Shown in pieces: positions 8,482 through 17,616 of a stretch of 64,000 bases of DNA (its first letter is position 1; the number at the start of each line of letters is the position of its first letter). This DNA is from an uncultured Pseudomonadales bacterium. Its GTDB lineage: Bacteria > Patescibacteriota > Microgenomatia > UBA1400 > PJMF01. Below the pieces are notes generated by a model. It saw only the letters and a list, made by a program, of their open reading frames with translations, was not told the origin of the DNA and searched no databases. The stretch lies in assembly GCA_964556485.1 (NCBI GenBank), contig CAZKVV010000002.1, forward strand, positions 74,291 through 138,290, written 5' to 3'. The position numbers were made by a program, and so were the translations under genes.

Positions 8482-10578
8482 ATGAAACAGTTGGTTGCGT
8501 CATATTTCTTGTTTGTTTTCTTTTTTTGCATGCTTTTTTCTTCCGGATTTGTGGATTCACAAGACGGATTACTCTATCTCACAATCTCAAGGAGAATGTA
8601 CTACGACCATACCTTTGAGATGCCTGATGCTACCTTCCAAGATGGAACAAATATTCATATGAGTACAATGAAAGGTGGCGAAGGCAAGATGTATGCCATC
8701 ACTGGATTAGGATACTCACTTGCATTACTTCCGGCAGTATTTATCGAGGACGTATTCTTACAGCTCAGCAATCAAAAACCAATTGCAGCATTTCCGTTAG
8801 AAAATGATTGGCCAGTATTACTGTTTGCAAGTTTTACCAATTCTTTTTTTGGTGCTCTGTTAACAACGGGAATGTTTCTCTATCTTGTGAGTCTGTCTCT
8901 TAAGAAAAAGCAGGCATTAGTACTAAGTTTCATTTTTTTAGTTTCAAGTAATCTGTTTGTCTACACTAAACACACTTTTGCACACATGATGTTTATAAGC
9001 TTCCTTGTCTGGACATTTTACTTTCTGAAACGAGCGGTTCAAAAAAATAAAGATATATTCTATGTTCTTTCTGGTGCGTGTTTTGGTGTCGTGGTTATTT
9101 CGTATAACCAATCATTTATTTTTACACTGCCCGCACTTGCAACCTACTTTTTCTTGCTGCAGAAAAAAGAGTCATGGTTACCAAGATTGAAAAATTCAGT
9201 AAAGCAAGGTGTACGTGTTCTTCTTGGTGCTGCGCCATTCTTTGCAACCTATCTTTGGTTTAATCGAGTTCGGTTTTCTGGTACAGGTGTGGAAAGTTTT
9301 ATAGAGGCTGCACAGTTTGAGTCTACTTTTTTACCGCCTGCATACATTGTGTTTGAAGGGCTGTGGGGAGTTTTGTTCAGTCCTGGCAAAAGTGTCTTTC
9401 TCTTTTCACCCTTACTATTACTTTTAGTGTTGTTTTGGTTTAAGTTGGATAGAAAAAAGTTTTTTGCTGAAATTATTTCTTTTGTTGTACTCTTTTTAAC
9501 CTATGTTTGGTTTATCGGTACTCTCATGGGTGGAGTTGATAATCCGGTTTGGCACGGTGATTCAAGCTGGGGGCCTCGATATTTGTTGGCTACTGTTCCT
9601 TTTTTATTACTACTTGTTGGTACCATCGTGGTGAAACTCACTAAACGGCAGAAAGTTGTGGTATTTCTACCGTTATTTCTCCTTGGACTTTGGCTGAGTA
9701 TTGTTGGCACTTTTTTGCCATACCAAATACGATTTCAAGGTTTACAAACGAATGCACGGTTTAATGGCAGAGACTTTAATGTCTCTGAATACGGTAACGA
9801 AATACCTAGATACTCACCAGCATTCTCGCAGACCAAGCAGTTTGTAAAACGAGTGTTACATTTTCAAAGTCAGTATGACCATGGTGTGTATGATGTACGA
9901 CTTTTTGATGGATTTGATTATCCATTTGATCTGGGATGGATGATCTGGAGAGGTATGAAACCGTATGCACAAATCTCTTTTGATCGGGGTTCAAAACCAA
10001 TTGATTCGATTAGTTTTCAAATAAAAAATCACCAGATGGATCCAACCAGCAGCATATCTGCCCAGCTGCAGTTTATTTTAAACGGTGAAAAGATCGACCC
10101 AATTGTTGCAACAATTCTGCCTGTTGAAACTGAATTGGAATTTATACTCGAAACAAAAAATAAAACCTTAAAACCGTATGACAACAGTTTAGAAATTGAA
10201 TCAGAATTTATTGGTACGTCCTCTGCGAGTATAGAGAAAAAGCAAGTATTATTTTTACAAATTTTGAGAATAAATGGTGAAATTCAAAATATACATACAC
10301 TCGATTTCCCGTATATATCACCTGTATCTCAAGGGATATCAAAAATTGAGTATGGCTATTGGGGCGCGAAGCAGCAAGATCCTTGGGTTATTTGGCATAT
10401 GCATTCTGGAATTTTTGAGAAAACATTTGATATATGGTGGCTGAGACCCTATCATTATTGGGATTTGCCTAAAGGTTTTTTCGCAGTGCTTCTTGGCATA
10501 ATTCTTACCAGTGCTGTATATTTTGGCATTAATACAATAGTGATATATAAAAAATCACTCAAAAAAAGTCCGAGTTGA
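8482..10578 (+). CDS. Large polytopic membrane protein, GT-C-like glycosyltransferase candidate
   Basis: The ORF-track start at 8407 is TTG; the first ATG (MKQLVASYF...) is at 8482. It has about 12 TM helices plus a ~300-aa C-terminal soluble domain. The first loop contains acidic residues (SQDG...YYDHTFEMPDATFQDG). Confidence 0.4.
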   Translation: MKQLVASYFLFVFFFCMLFSSGFVDSQDGLLYLTISRRMYYDHTFEMPDATFQDGTNIHMSTMKGGEGKMYAITGLGYSLALLPAVFIEDVFLQLSNQKPIAAFPLENDWPVLLFASFTNSFFGALLTTGMFLYLVSLSLKKKQALVLSFIFLVSSNLFVYTKHTFAHMMFISFLVWTFYFLKRAVQKNKDIFYVLSGACFGVVVISYNQSFIFTLPALATYFFLLQKKESWLPRLKNSVKQGVRVLLGAAPFFATYLWFNRVRFSGTGVESFIEAAQFESTFLPPAYIVFEGLWGVLFSPGKSVFLFSPLLLLLVLFWFKLDRKKFFAEIISFVVLFLTYVWFIGTLMGGVDNPVWHGDSSWGPRYLLATVPFLLLLVGTIVVKLTKRQKVVVFLPLFLLGLWLSIVGTFLPYQIRFQGLQTNARFNGRDFNVSEYGNEIPRYSPAFSQTKQFVKRVLHFQSQYDHGVYDVRLFDGFDYPFDLGWMIWRGMKPYAQISFDRGSKPIDSISFQIKNHQMDPTSSISAQLQFILNGEKIDPIVATILPVETELEFILETKNKTLKPYDNSLEIESEFIGTSSASIEKKQVLFLQILRINGEIQNIHTLDFPYISPVSQGISKIEYGYWGAKQQDPWVIWHMHSGIFEKTFDIWWLRPYHYWDLPKGFFAVLLGIILTSAVYFGINTIVIYKKSLKKSPS

Positions 10579-10612
10579 TAGAGAACGCTGGTCAAAATTG
10601 TTGTAAACACTA

Positions 10613-10618
10613 TATAAT
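10613..10618 (+). promoter_or_regulatory. Candidate -10 hexamer (TATAAT) 6 nt upstream of ATG of the Wzm gene; leaderless-type promoter
   Basis: Plus-strand sequence reads TATAAT-gaatct-ATG. Confidence 0.3.
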
Positions 10619-10624
10619 GAATCT

Positions 10625-11404
10625 ATGTTCCAGTTATTGATTCAACCATTTGTAACTCATAAGTACTTACTGTTACAGTTGGTTCAACGAGAGATTAAAG
10701 CCCGGTATAAACAATCGATAATCGGTTATTTCTGGGTAGTTCTGAATCCGTTAGCCCAAATGTTGGTCTACACGTTTGTTTTTTCAATCGTTTTTCGGTT
10801 TCCATCAGAAATTCCCTATCCTTTATTTTTATTTGCAGCACTTTTACCATGGACACAGCTCCAGACTACAATCTCAGCTGCGACAAACTCACTAGTTAGT
10901 AACGACGTTTTGTTAAAGAAGGTTGCATTTCCAAGAGAAGTTATTCCTTATTCTGTAGTTATTTCAAAATTACTTGATTTCATTTTTGCTTCCCTGATTT
11001 TTATTATCATGATGGTTCTATACAAACAACCGTTTTTGTTGAGCAGTTTGTACTTTTTTGCACTCTTTTTTGTGCAAATTATTCTAATGACAGGTATTTC
11101 ATTATTACTTTCCGCACTTAATTTGTTTTATCGAGATATTCAGTATCTAACGACACTCGTGTTAATGATTTGGATGTACATGACACCAGTTGTGTATCCT
11201 CTCAGCTTAGTTCCAGCTGAATATATTTGGATATATAAACTTAATCCAATGGTAGGTTTGATAGAAGGTTATCGGTCTGCACTTTTTGGATTTCCATTTG
11301 AAACAAGCATTATTTCTTGGTCAGTGTTTATTTCATTGGCACTGTTTATCATAGGTTTTGTTGTGTTTAAAAGAACAGAAAAAGTATTTGCAGACGTCGT
11401 ATAA
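10625..11404 (+). CDS. ABC-2 type polysaccharide exporter permease (Wzm/TagG/KpsM-like)
   Basis: 259 aa, 6 TM. It carries the ABC-2 signature KARYKQSIIGYFWVVLNPLAQMLVYTFVFSIVF. Confidence 0.85.
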   Translation: MFQLLIQPFVTHKYLLLQLVQREIKARYKQSIIGYFWVVLNPLAQMLVYTFVFSIVFRFPSEIPYPLFLFAALLPWTQLQTTISAATNSLVSNDVLLKKVAFPREVIPYSVVISKLLDFIFASLIFIIMMVLYKQPFLLSSLYFFALFFVQIILMTGISLLLSALNLFYRDIQYLTTLVLMIWMYMTPVVYPLSLVPAEYIWIYKLNPMVGLIEGYRSALFGFPFETSIISWSVFISLALFIIGFVVFKRTEKVFADVV

Positions 11405-11408
11405 AACT

Positions 11409-12152
11409 ATGTCAGAACCACACATCAGCTTTTCACATGTTACTAAAGAGTATTACCTTCAAGGTGACAGAACCATGAAGGAACTCATTCCAAGTTTAAT
11501 TAAAGGTAAAACCTGGGCAAAGAAAATTACAGCAACCCGAGATTTGTCTTTTTCAATTAAAGCTGGAGAAACAGTGGGTATTGTAGGCAGAAATGGTGCT
11601 GGTAAATCAACATTAATGAAACTAATAGCAGGTGTGACGTATCCTACCAGTGGAGAGGTTCAAAGCAGCGGTAGAGTTGCGCCTATGATTGAACTTGGTG
11701 CAGGTTTTCACTATGAGCTTAATGGGTATGAAAACATTTTTCTCAACGGTGCAATTCTAGGAATGCATAAAAAAGAAATCGAGTTAGTTCTTGATGAAAT
11801 TATTGAATTTAGTGGTGTTAAAGACTTTTTACATGAGCCATTAAAAAGATTTTCAACCGGCATGGTAATGAGATTAGCTTTTGCAATCGTTGTGCATACC
11901 AAGGCTCAAATCTATCTCATTGATGAAGTTTTGGCAGTTGGTGATGCTGCCTTTAGAGAAAAATGTTTAACTAAATTAAATGAGATAAAGCAAAAGAATG
12001 ACACCATTATTATTTTTGTCAGCCATGATGAAGAAGCAGTAACCTCCTTTTGTGAACGGGCTATTCTATTAGAAAAAGGTACCAGTATTTTAGAAGGCTC
12101 CCCAAAGCAGATTTTCAAAGAGTATAACCATCGACTAGCTTCACCAGCATAG
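11409..12152 (+). CDS. ABC transporter ATP-binding protein (Wzt/TagH-like, short form without C-terminal carbohydrate-binding domain)
   Basis: Walker A GIVGRNGAGKSTL, signature FSTGMVMRLAFA, Walker B IYLIDEVLAVGD. The internal ATG at 11409 (4 nt after the permease stop) is preferred over the overlapping track start at 11358. Confidence 0.85.
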   Translation: MSEPHISFSHVTKEYYLQGDRTMKELIPSLIKGKTWAKKITATRDLSFSIKAGETVGIVGRNGAGKSTLMKLIAGVTYPTSGEVQSSGRVAPMIELGAGFHYELNGYENIFLNGAILGMHKKEIELVLDEIIEFSGVKDFLHEPLKRFSTGMVMRLAFAIVVHTKAQIYLIDEVLAVGDAAFREKCLTKLNEIKQKNDTIIIFVSHDEEAVTSFCERAILLEKGTSILEGSPKQIFKEYNHRLASPA

Positions 12153-12154
12153 CT

Positions 12155-13690
12155 ATGGCAACTAAACAAGCTTCTCTTACTGAACAAATATTTAAAGGTA
12201 GTTTTATTGTTATTGTAACGAGTATAGTAGCCTCCCCTCTGGGATATGGCACCAGAATTTTGCTCTCGCGTTCTCTTTCGACTGAAAGTTATGGACTCTT
12301 TTATGCAGTCATTACCTTTTTTTTATTGTTTTCTTCATATACAGATTTGGGCCTTGGAAAAGCAGTTGCTTACTACATTTCTAAATTGTTCGCGAAAAAT
12401 GAAAAAGAGGAAATCTGGCTCATTTCTGTGTATGCACTTATCATGGGCATTATTAGCTCGTTGCTGATTGCTGCTGTGGTGCTCCTTTCAAGGAATTTTT
12501 TAGCTGAGAGTTTCTTTAAAAGTGCAGAAGCAAAATCGATTATACCTATCCTAACAGTCTTTTTTTTACTTGAGTGCATCAGTCTGATCTTTAAAAATAT
12601 TTTTGTTGGCTTACAAAAGGTACAGTACTATTCATTAATACAACCATTACGGTTGTTGTTAACTTTTTGCTTTTCAGCACTTTTATTTTATTTTAAAAGT
12701 TCTTCACTTATTTATTTTTCATTGGCATGGATGTTTGCATACATTCTGACCATAGGATTTTTTACCTATTTTACATTTCGCAGGTATTCTTCATTCTTTG
12801 GTCGAATATACTACGATAAGTCATTGCTTAAAAACTTAGGTAGCTATGCAGTACCAAATATTGCAACAGGAGTAGTACACCAGTTAAATAGCTATGCTGA
12901 CACTCTATTTTTGACGCTAATTAGGGGTGTGCAGTCTGTGGGGTTATACAACATTATTGTCCCTATTATTGACTTACCAAGCCTAGTATTAACACCACTG
13001 ACTAGAGTCTTTTTCCCAATGATTGCATCATTGCATGGTGAGGAAGAAGGAAAGCAAAAAATTGTCTATTTTACAGAATCATTTTTAAAAATTATTCCAC
13101 TGATTACCCTTTATTTTAATGTATTTATTTTTTTGTTTGCTAGAACAACCATAGCGACGCTTTTTTCATACAAATGGGTGGAATTGGCTGAAAAACCCCT
13201 TATTCTTATCTCCATATCATATTTGTTCACTACCTTAGTTATGTATCTAAGTATGATTATTGAGGGTATGGGGCTCTTAAAGCAAAAAGTTAAAATTACA
13301 ACCATTTTACTATTACTAAATATTGTGATTAATCCGATTGCAATTACCTTGTGGGGTATAAATGGTTTAATTATTGTTAATTCATTTTTGCAATGTATTG
13401 GTATGATTTTGTATTTATTCGTACTCTCTAAGAGAATTACTTTCGCTGTACCTCTTAAAATGTATGCCAAGTATTTCCTCTTCTTTGGTTCACTGATTAC
13501 TTTTGTTAAGCTGATTGGATATTCTCCAACATCGTTCGTATCATTTATTGTATCTGGAATGCTATACACTATCGTAGTTTCTGTTTTTGCATCAAAACAA
13601 CATTTATTAGATGCCGCAACAATTGAAATTATCTCAACAAAGCTTAAAGCATTTCCCGTTTTGAAAAAAATACTAAACTTTAGAAACTAA
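12155..13690 (+). CDS. PST-family (Wzx-like) flippase
   Basis: 511 aa, about 14 TM. N-terminal LLSRSLSTESYGLFYAV matches the Polysacc_synt hallmark. Confidence 0.65.
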   Translation: MATKQASLTEQIFKGSFIVIVTSIVASPLGYGTRILLSRSLSTESYGLFYAVITFFLLFSSYTDLGLGKAVAYYISKLFAKNEKEEIWLISVYALIMGIISSLLIAAVVLLSRNFLAESFFKSAEAKSIIPILTVFFLLECISLIFKNIFVGLQKVQYYSLIQPLRLLLTFCFSALLFYFKSSSLIYFSLAWMFAYILTIGFFTYFTFRRYSSFFGRIYYDKSLLKNLGSYAVPNIATGVVHQLNSYADTLFLTLIRGVQSVGLYNIIVPIIDLPSLVLTPLTRVFFPMIASLHGEEEGKQKIVYFTESFLKIIPLITLYFNVFIFLFARTTIATLFSYKWVELAEKPLILISISYLFTTLVMYLSMIIEGMGLLKQKVKITTILLLLNIVINPIAITLWGINGLIIVNSFLQCIGMILYLFVLSKRITFAVPLKMYAKYFLFFGSLITFVKLIGYSPTSFVSFIVSGMLYTIVVSVFASKQHLLDAATIEIISTKLKAFPVLKKILNFRN

Positions 13691-13700
13691 AGAACAAAGC

Positions 13701-14405
13701 TTATCTTTTTCTTGCAACAATACATGTTGTATACCCAAATGAAATTGGCAGCGTATATTCAAATGCAATTAGTGGTGCAACACATCTTCTAGAACATTTG
13801 CCGACTGGACCTAAAGTACCTTTTGTTCTAAATAGCACTTTATCTAAAGCATCGAAAAAGAATGATAATAAAGATGAAAATAATGGTGCGACAAACAAAC
13901 CTTTTTTAGTAGATGTTTCAATAGAAAAACCTAATCTAATCAAAACTTTTTCTAATACCTTTGACGAAAAATAGCGATGAGGAAGAAAAAAATGATACAA
14001 ATTGATTGCTCGGTAAACGAATGAATCTGTTGTTGTTGATAGTAAAATGAGACCGCCTGGTTTTAAAACTCTATGCATTTGCGTAACTAAAAAGGCTATC
14101 TCTTTGTTGGTCATGTACTGAAGCACTCCAACTAAAAAAATCGCATCCTGAGAGTTGGTTGCACCTAAATTATATGAATTTTCACCTTTAATTCCAGAAA
14201 ATGAAAAGTGAGGGTAGATTTTTTTTGCCGAATATATTGAATCAAAATTAACATCAAGTCCAATATAAGATTTGATGTGTATCTTCTCTTGAAGGTATGG
14301 TATTAAATCACCTGCACCACACCCAAAATCAACAATAGATACTTTTTGAGTAGTATCAACATTTTGTGTTAAGAGGTTAACGAGTAAGGTGTGTGTTGGT
14401 GACAT
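13701..14405 (-). CDS. Class I SAM-dependent methyltransferase
   Basis: Motif I VDFGCGAGDL, post-I acidic residue IGLDVN, motif LKPGGLILL. There is a 29-nt overlap with the upstream FkbM gene. Confidence 0.7.
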   Translation of the reverse strand: MSPTHTLLVNLLTQNVDTTQKVSIVDFGCGAGDLIPYLQEKIHIKSYIGLDVNFDSIYSAKKIYPHFSFSGIKGENSYNLGATNSQDAIFLVGVLQYMTNKEIAFLVTQMHRVLKPGGLILLSTTTDSFVYRAINLYHFFLPHRYFSSKVLEKVLIRLGFSIETSTKKGLFVAPLFSSLLSFFFDALDKVLFRTKGTLGPVGKCSRRCVAPLIAFEYTLPISFGYTTCIVARKR

Positions 14406-15285
14406 TTTGTAAATATGGTAGCACCCGTTTCATTGCTGAAGGGTGTTTTTTAACTGCTATTAGATTACTCGTTTGAGTGAATTGCTTGTTATGTGAAACA
14501 AGTTGCAAAAAGCCTGTATCATTAAATTCAAAAATGAAATACTTTTTTGAAATGAGCTGTAATAATTGTTTTGAACTCGAACCAAAATGAGTAATATTCT
14601 TATTCATTTCAAACATGCAGATGTCCACAGAACCTGAACTAAGCATCTTTTTTGCTCCACTAAATACAAGTGGCTCAGCACCTTCAACATCAATTTTAAG
14701 AATATTGATTTGAGCAATTCCCATTTTCTTGCAAAATGAGTCAATGGTTATTGCAGGTACTGTGATAGATTTTTCAGTTCTATCTTGCTGCCAATCTAGG
14801 TGGTTTACCTCAGACTGGCTGGAAATTGAAAATGAGCAGTTACCCACAGAATCTGACACAGCTTGCTGATATACCTCAACTCTTTTGGCAAAGTCATTGA
14901 GTCTAATATTCTGGTGTAGATACTTCAGCAATTGAGGCGTTGGTTCAAATGCATACACCTTACCTTTTGGACACTTATGGGCAGCAAGCACTGTCAATGC
15001 ACCGATGTTTGCACCAACGTCAAAGACAGTGTCATCATCTGAGATGATTGAATGAAAGAACATCATTTCAAAGTATTCTGGCATTTTACTGTAGACCACG
15101 AAACTTCCATAGGAACTCTGAGGATAACAAATCAGTTGCACGCCATCAACAAGTGACACAACTGCAGGTATTTTAAAAATTAACTGATTCATTTTCCACC
15201 ATGCTAGTAGAAAAATCGTATACAGTTCTTTAGATTTATTGTTAGGATGTGAAAGTACAGTAGTGAGTTGAGATAGCAATGACAT
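14377..15285 (-). CDS. FkbM-family methyltransferase
   Basis: FDVGANIGALTVLAA ... ILKIDVEGAEPLVF is typical of the Methyltransf_21 (FkbM) domain. Confidence 0.75.
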   Translation of the reverse strand: MSLLSQLTTVLSHPNNKSKELYTIFLLAWWKMNQLIFKIPAVVSLVDGVQLICYPQSSYGSFVVYSKMPEYFEMMFFHSIISDDDTVFDVGANIGALTVLAAHKCPKGKVYAFEPTPQLLKYLHQNIRLNDFAKRVEVYQQAVSDSVGNCSFSISSQSEVNHLDWQQDRTEKSITVPAITIDSFCKKMGIAQINILKIDVEGAEPLVFSGAKKMLSSGSVDICMFEMNKNITHFGSSSKQLLQLISKKYFIFEFNDTGFLQLVSHNKQFTQTSNLIAVKKHPSAMKRVLPYLQNVTNTHLTR

Positions 15286-16367
15286 TATGCGTACATTTCT
15301 TCAGCGAGTAGCGCATCGATAAAAAATTTAGTTGCCCAATTAATATATGCTAATCTGCAATATCCACGATTAGCTAAAAGATCTCCCCAAAGCGGATCAC
15401 TGCCTGCCATGCCACCTATTGTCTGGGGAACTAAGCTTTTTGTCACCTGCTTTGACTTAAGGTACCTGTTCATTTTCGTGCCAGCTTCCTTGAAGTACTG
15501 CTTCCCGGTTAGATGATACATCTGCCACCACATCAGAGAGAGTTGCGCATCACCCGTTAAACAGCTGTATACATCCTTAGATTGCCATTGAGAATCAAAA
15601 GTGCCTGGCAACTTGTTGTACTTTAAGAAATAGTTTAGAGGTGGTATCGCACCTTTGAGTGCAGACATTGCATATGGCTTTGAATTCAGAATGAGACTTG
15701 ACCACCAAAAGCCTTCGATAGCGTAAGAAATTGTATGGGTAAATGGCACCACACTATTTGGGGGCGGCAAATGATTAACAGCATACCAGCCATTTGGAAG
15801 TTGGTTAACAAGTGCCCAATCCAAATTTTTACAGGCACTATCTTTATACTTCTCAATGCCGGTTATTTCGTACACTCTCAGTAAGCCCCATGCTACTCTG
15901 GTGTGGTAGGTGTGTTTAGTTGAGCCATAAGTATTTTTAAGCCAACTTCCATCAGGTTCTTGAATCTCACAGAGAAAATCTGCAGCTCTCACTGCCGCAT
16001 CACGGTACTTATTTTCATGTGTTACTTCATACAGTGAGGTTAGTCCTAATAAATCTTGTCCAGTATTAAAAACAGTCGGTGGAGAGGGATCTTGCTGCTC
16101 TGCGACTGCAGTTCTAAATCCACCACCTGCTACTTCTTGTGTGAGTAAAAAATCTCCCATGTGAGCAGCTCTATTTTGAAGGTCTGTTGAACCATATATG
16201 CGTGCACAATCAAGAAAAGTATTAATAATATACCCAGTGGTTTCGATGTATGAATGAGACCAACCAGAAACTAGTGAGTACCATGCCGAAACACCCCCCT
16301 GGTTGGTTGTGTCTTGTGCACGTTTTAGCCAATTGAGAGCTAAAAAAATGTGATCTCTGTTAGTCAT
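15285..16367 (-). CDS. Alpha/alpha-toroid repeat protein (QxxDGSW / QxPNGWY repeats, terpene-cyclase/prenyltransferase-like or (alpha/alpha)6 glycan-processing fold); function unknown
   Basis: 360 aa, soluble. Repeats EIQEPDGSWLKN and NQLPNGWYAVNH recur about 45 aa apart, with WGLLRVYE / WALV helices. It is translationally coupled (TAATG) to the FkbM gene and overlaps the wecC-like gene by 8 nt. Confidence 0.35.
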   Translation of the reverse strand: MTNRDHIFLALNWLKRAQDTTNQGGVSAWYSLVSGWSHSYIETTGYIINTFLDCARIYGSTDLQNRAAHMGDFLLTQEVAGGGFRTAVAEQQDPSPPTVFNTGQDLLGLTSLYEVTHENKYRDAAVRAADFLCEIQEPDGSWLKNTYGSTKHTYHTRVAWGLLRVYEITGIEKYKDSACKNLDWALVNQLPNGWYAVNHLPPPNSVVPFTHTISYAIEGFWWSSLILNSKPYAMSALKGAIPPLNYFLKYNKLPGTFDSQWQSKDVYSCLTGDAQLSLMWWQMYHLTGKQYFKEAGTKMNRYLKSKQVTKSLVPQTIGGMAGSDPLWGDLLANRGYCRLAYINWATKFFIDALLAEEMYA

Positions 16368-17616
16368 ATAGTACTGGTGTTCCCAGTTTATATACTAAAG
16401 CGGTCGCGCCTTCAAGTGCTTCCTTTGTAAAACAGTTTCGACTATCATAAATCACTTTGAGGTTTGGATAGTTTTTAAAGTGTAGTGATGTATATTCATC
16501 GTGATCTGTCACCAATACTAGGGCATCAGCAGTTGTAAGGGCTTCTTCTAGGGTTGAAAAACGAGCATCACTGACATATGGATCAGTGATGATTATTTTT
16601 GCAAACTTCGAAAGTTTTGTAATAAGTGCTGCAGCTGGAGTTTCTCTTGTATCATCAACATTTTTCTTGTATGCATAGCCCAATATTGCAATAACTGGTT
16701 TTGGTACGTTTTGCTTAGTGAGTGCAGCTTGAACTGTTTGGCAAACATGGTCTGACATGTCTTCATTAATCTCAAGAGCCAGCTTAATAAGTGGCGCAGT
16801 ATTCTTGCGAACAAAAAACCATGGGTCAATGGGTATGCAGTGTCCACCAACTCCTGGACCTGGCTGATGAATTGAAACACGAGGATGTTTGTTAGCAAGC
16901 TCTATAGCTTCCCAAACATTAAAGCCTAGTTGTTCACCTAACTTTGCAAACTCATTTGCGAGTGCAATATTGACAGCGCGGTAGGTATTTTCCATTACTT
17001 TGCAACTAGCTGCAACAGTCACGGTTGTTTGATACAAATTACCGGTTACAAACTTTGCATAGACTGTTTGTGTGGCAGTTGCACTTTGAGCATCTACTGC
17101 ACCAATAATTCTGTCATTTCCAACCATTTCACTGAGAGTATTTCCCGGTATTGCTCGTTCTGGACAATGTGAAAACAGAAATTTCTTACCCCAGCTCGTA
17201 ACTTCGGGAATGAGGATGTCTTCACAATCTTTAGGCCCAACTGTTGATTCGATAATAATCAAGTTACCATCTACAAATACCGATTTAATGAGGTTTAGAG
17301 CAGAGAGTACATAGGTAAGATCTGCTGATGCCCCAAGACCTTCAGCAAGCATTGTATGTGGTGTAGGTACGGCTATGATAAATACATCTGCTGGTTTGAT
17401 TGTAGTAGTAAACTCAATCGACTTTTTTGCTTGTGCAGCTTTGAATAACTCTTGTAATCCTTTTTCTTCAAAATACAGTTCACCTTTAGTAAGTTTGGAA
17501 ATCTTTTGAGTATCAACATCAAAGCCGATGGTGGTAACGCCAGATTTTGCAATGAGCAGCGCTGTTGGTAACCCGATATACCCTAAACCTACTACACAGA
17601 CTTTTTGTTGTTTCAT
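16360..17616 (-). CDS. wecC: UDP-N-acetyl-D-mannosamine dehydrogenase-like nucleotide-sugar dehydrogenase
   Basis: N-terminal KVCVVGLGYIGLPTALLIA Rossmann signature characteristic of WecC/Cap5O/MnaB. Catalytic Cys region GGHCIPIDP. It is coupled (ATGA) to wecB upstream. Confidence 0.8.
   Translation of the reverse strand: MKQQKVCVVGLGYIGLPTALLIAKSGVTTIGFDVDTQKISKLTKGELYFEEKGLQELFKAAQAKKSIEFTTTIKPADVFIIAVPTPHTMLAEGLGASADLTYVLSALNLIKSVFVDGNLIIIESTVGPKDCEDILIPEVTSWGKKFLFSHCPERAIPGNTLSEMVGNDRIIGAVDAQSATATQTVYAKFVTGNLYQTTVTVAASCKVMENTYRAVNIALANEFAKLGEQLGFNVWEAIELANKHPRVSIHQPGPGVGGHCIPIDPWFFVRKNTAPLIKLALEINEDMSDHVCQTVQAALTKQNVPKPVIAILGYAYKKNVDDTRETPAAALITKLSKFAKIIITDPYVSDARFSTLEEALTTADALVLVTDHDEYTSLHFKNYPNLKVIYDSRNCFTKEALEGATALVYKLGTPVLYD

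Noticed and set aside
10586-10612. Possible -35 element (TGGTCA/TTGTTG) upstream of the TATAAT at 10613.
   Set aside because: Neither candidate gives a convincing 16-18-nt spacer with a good hexamer. Only the -10-like element is reported.
11358-11408. Track start of the ABC ATPase at 11358, overlapping the permease gene by 47 nt.
   Set aside because: An in-frame ATG at 11409, 4 nt after the permease stop, gives the canonical N-terminus before the Walker A region, so the overlap is probably not real.
15285-16367. Considered a LanC-like lanthionine cyclase for the alpha-toroid protein.
   Set aside because: The GxxHG / WCxG / CHG zinc-site motifs are absent, and the QxxDGSW-type repeats fit terpene-cyclase or prenyltransferase-like (alpha/alpha)6 folds better.
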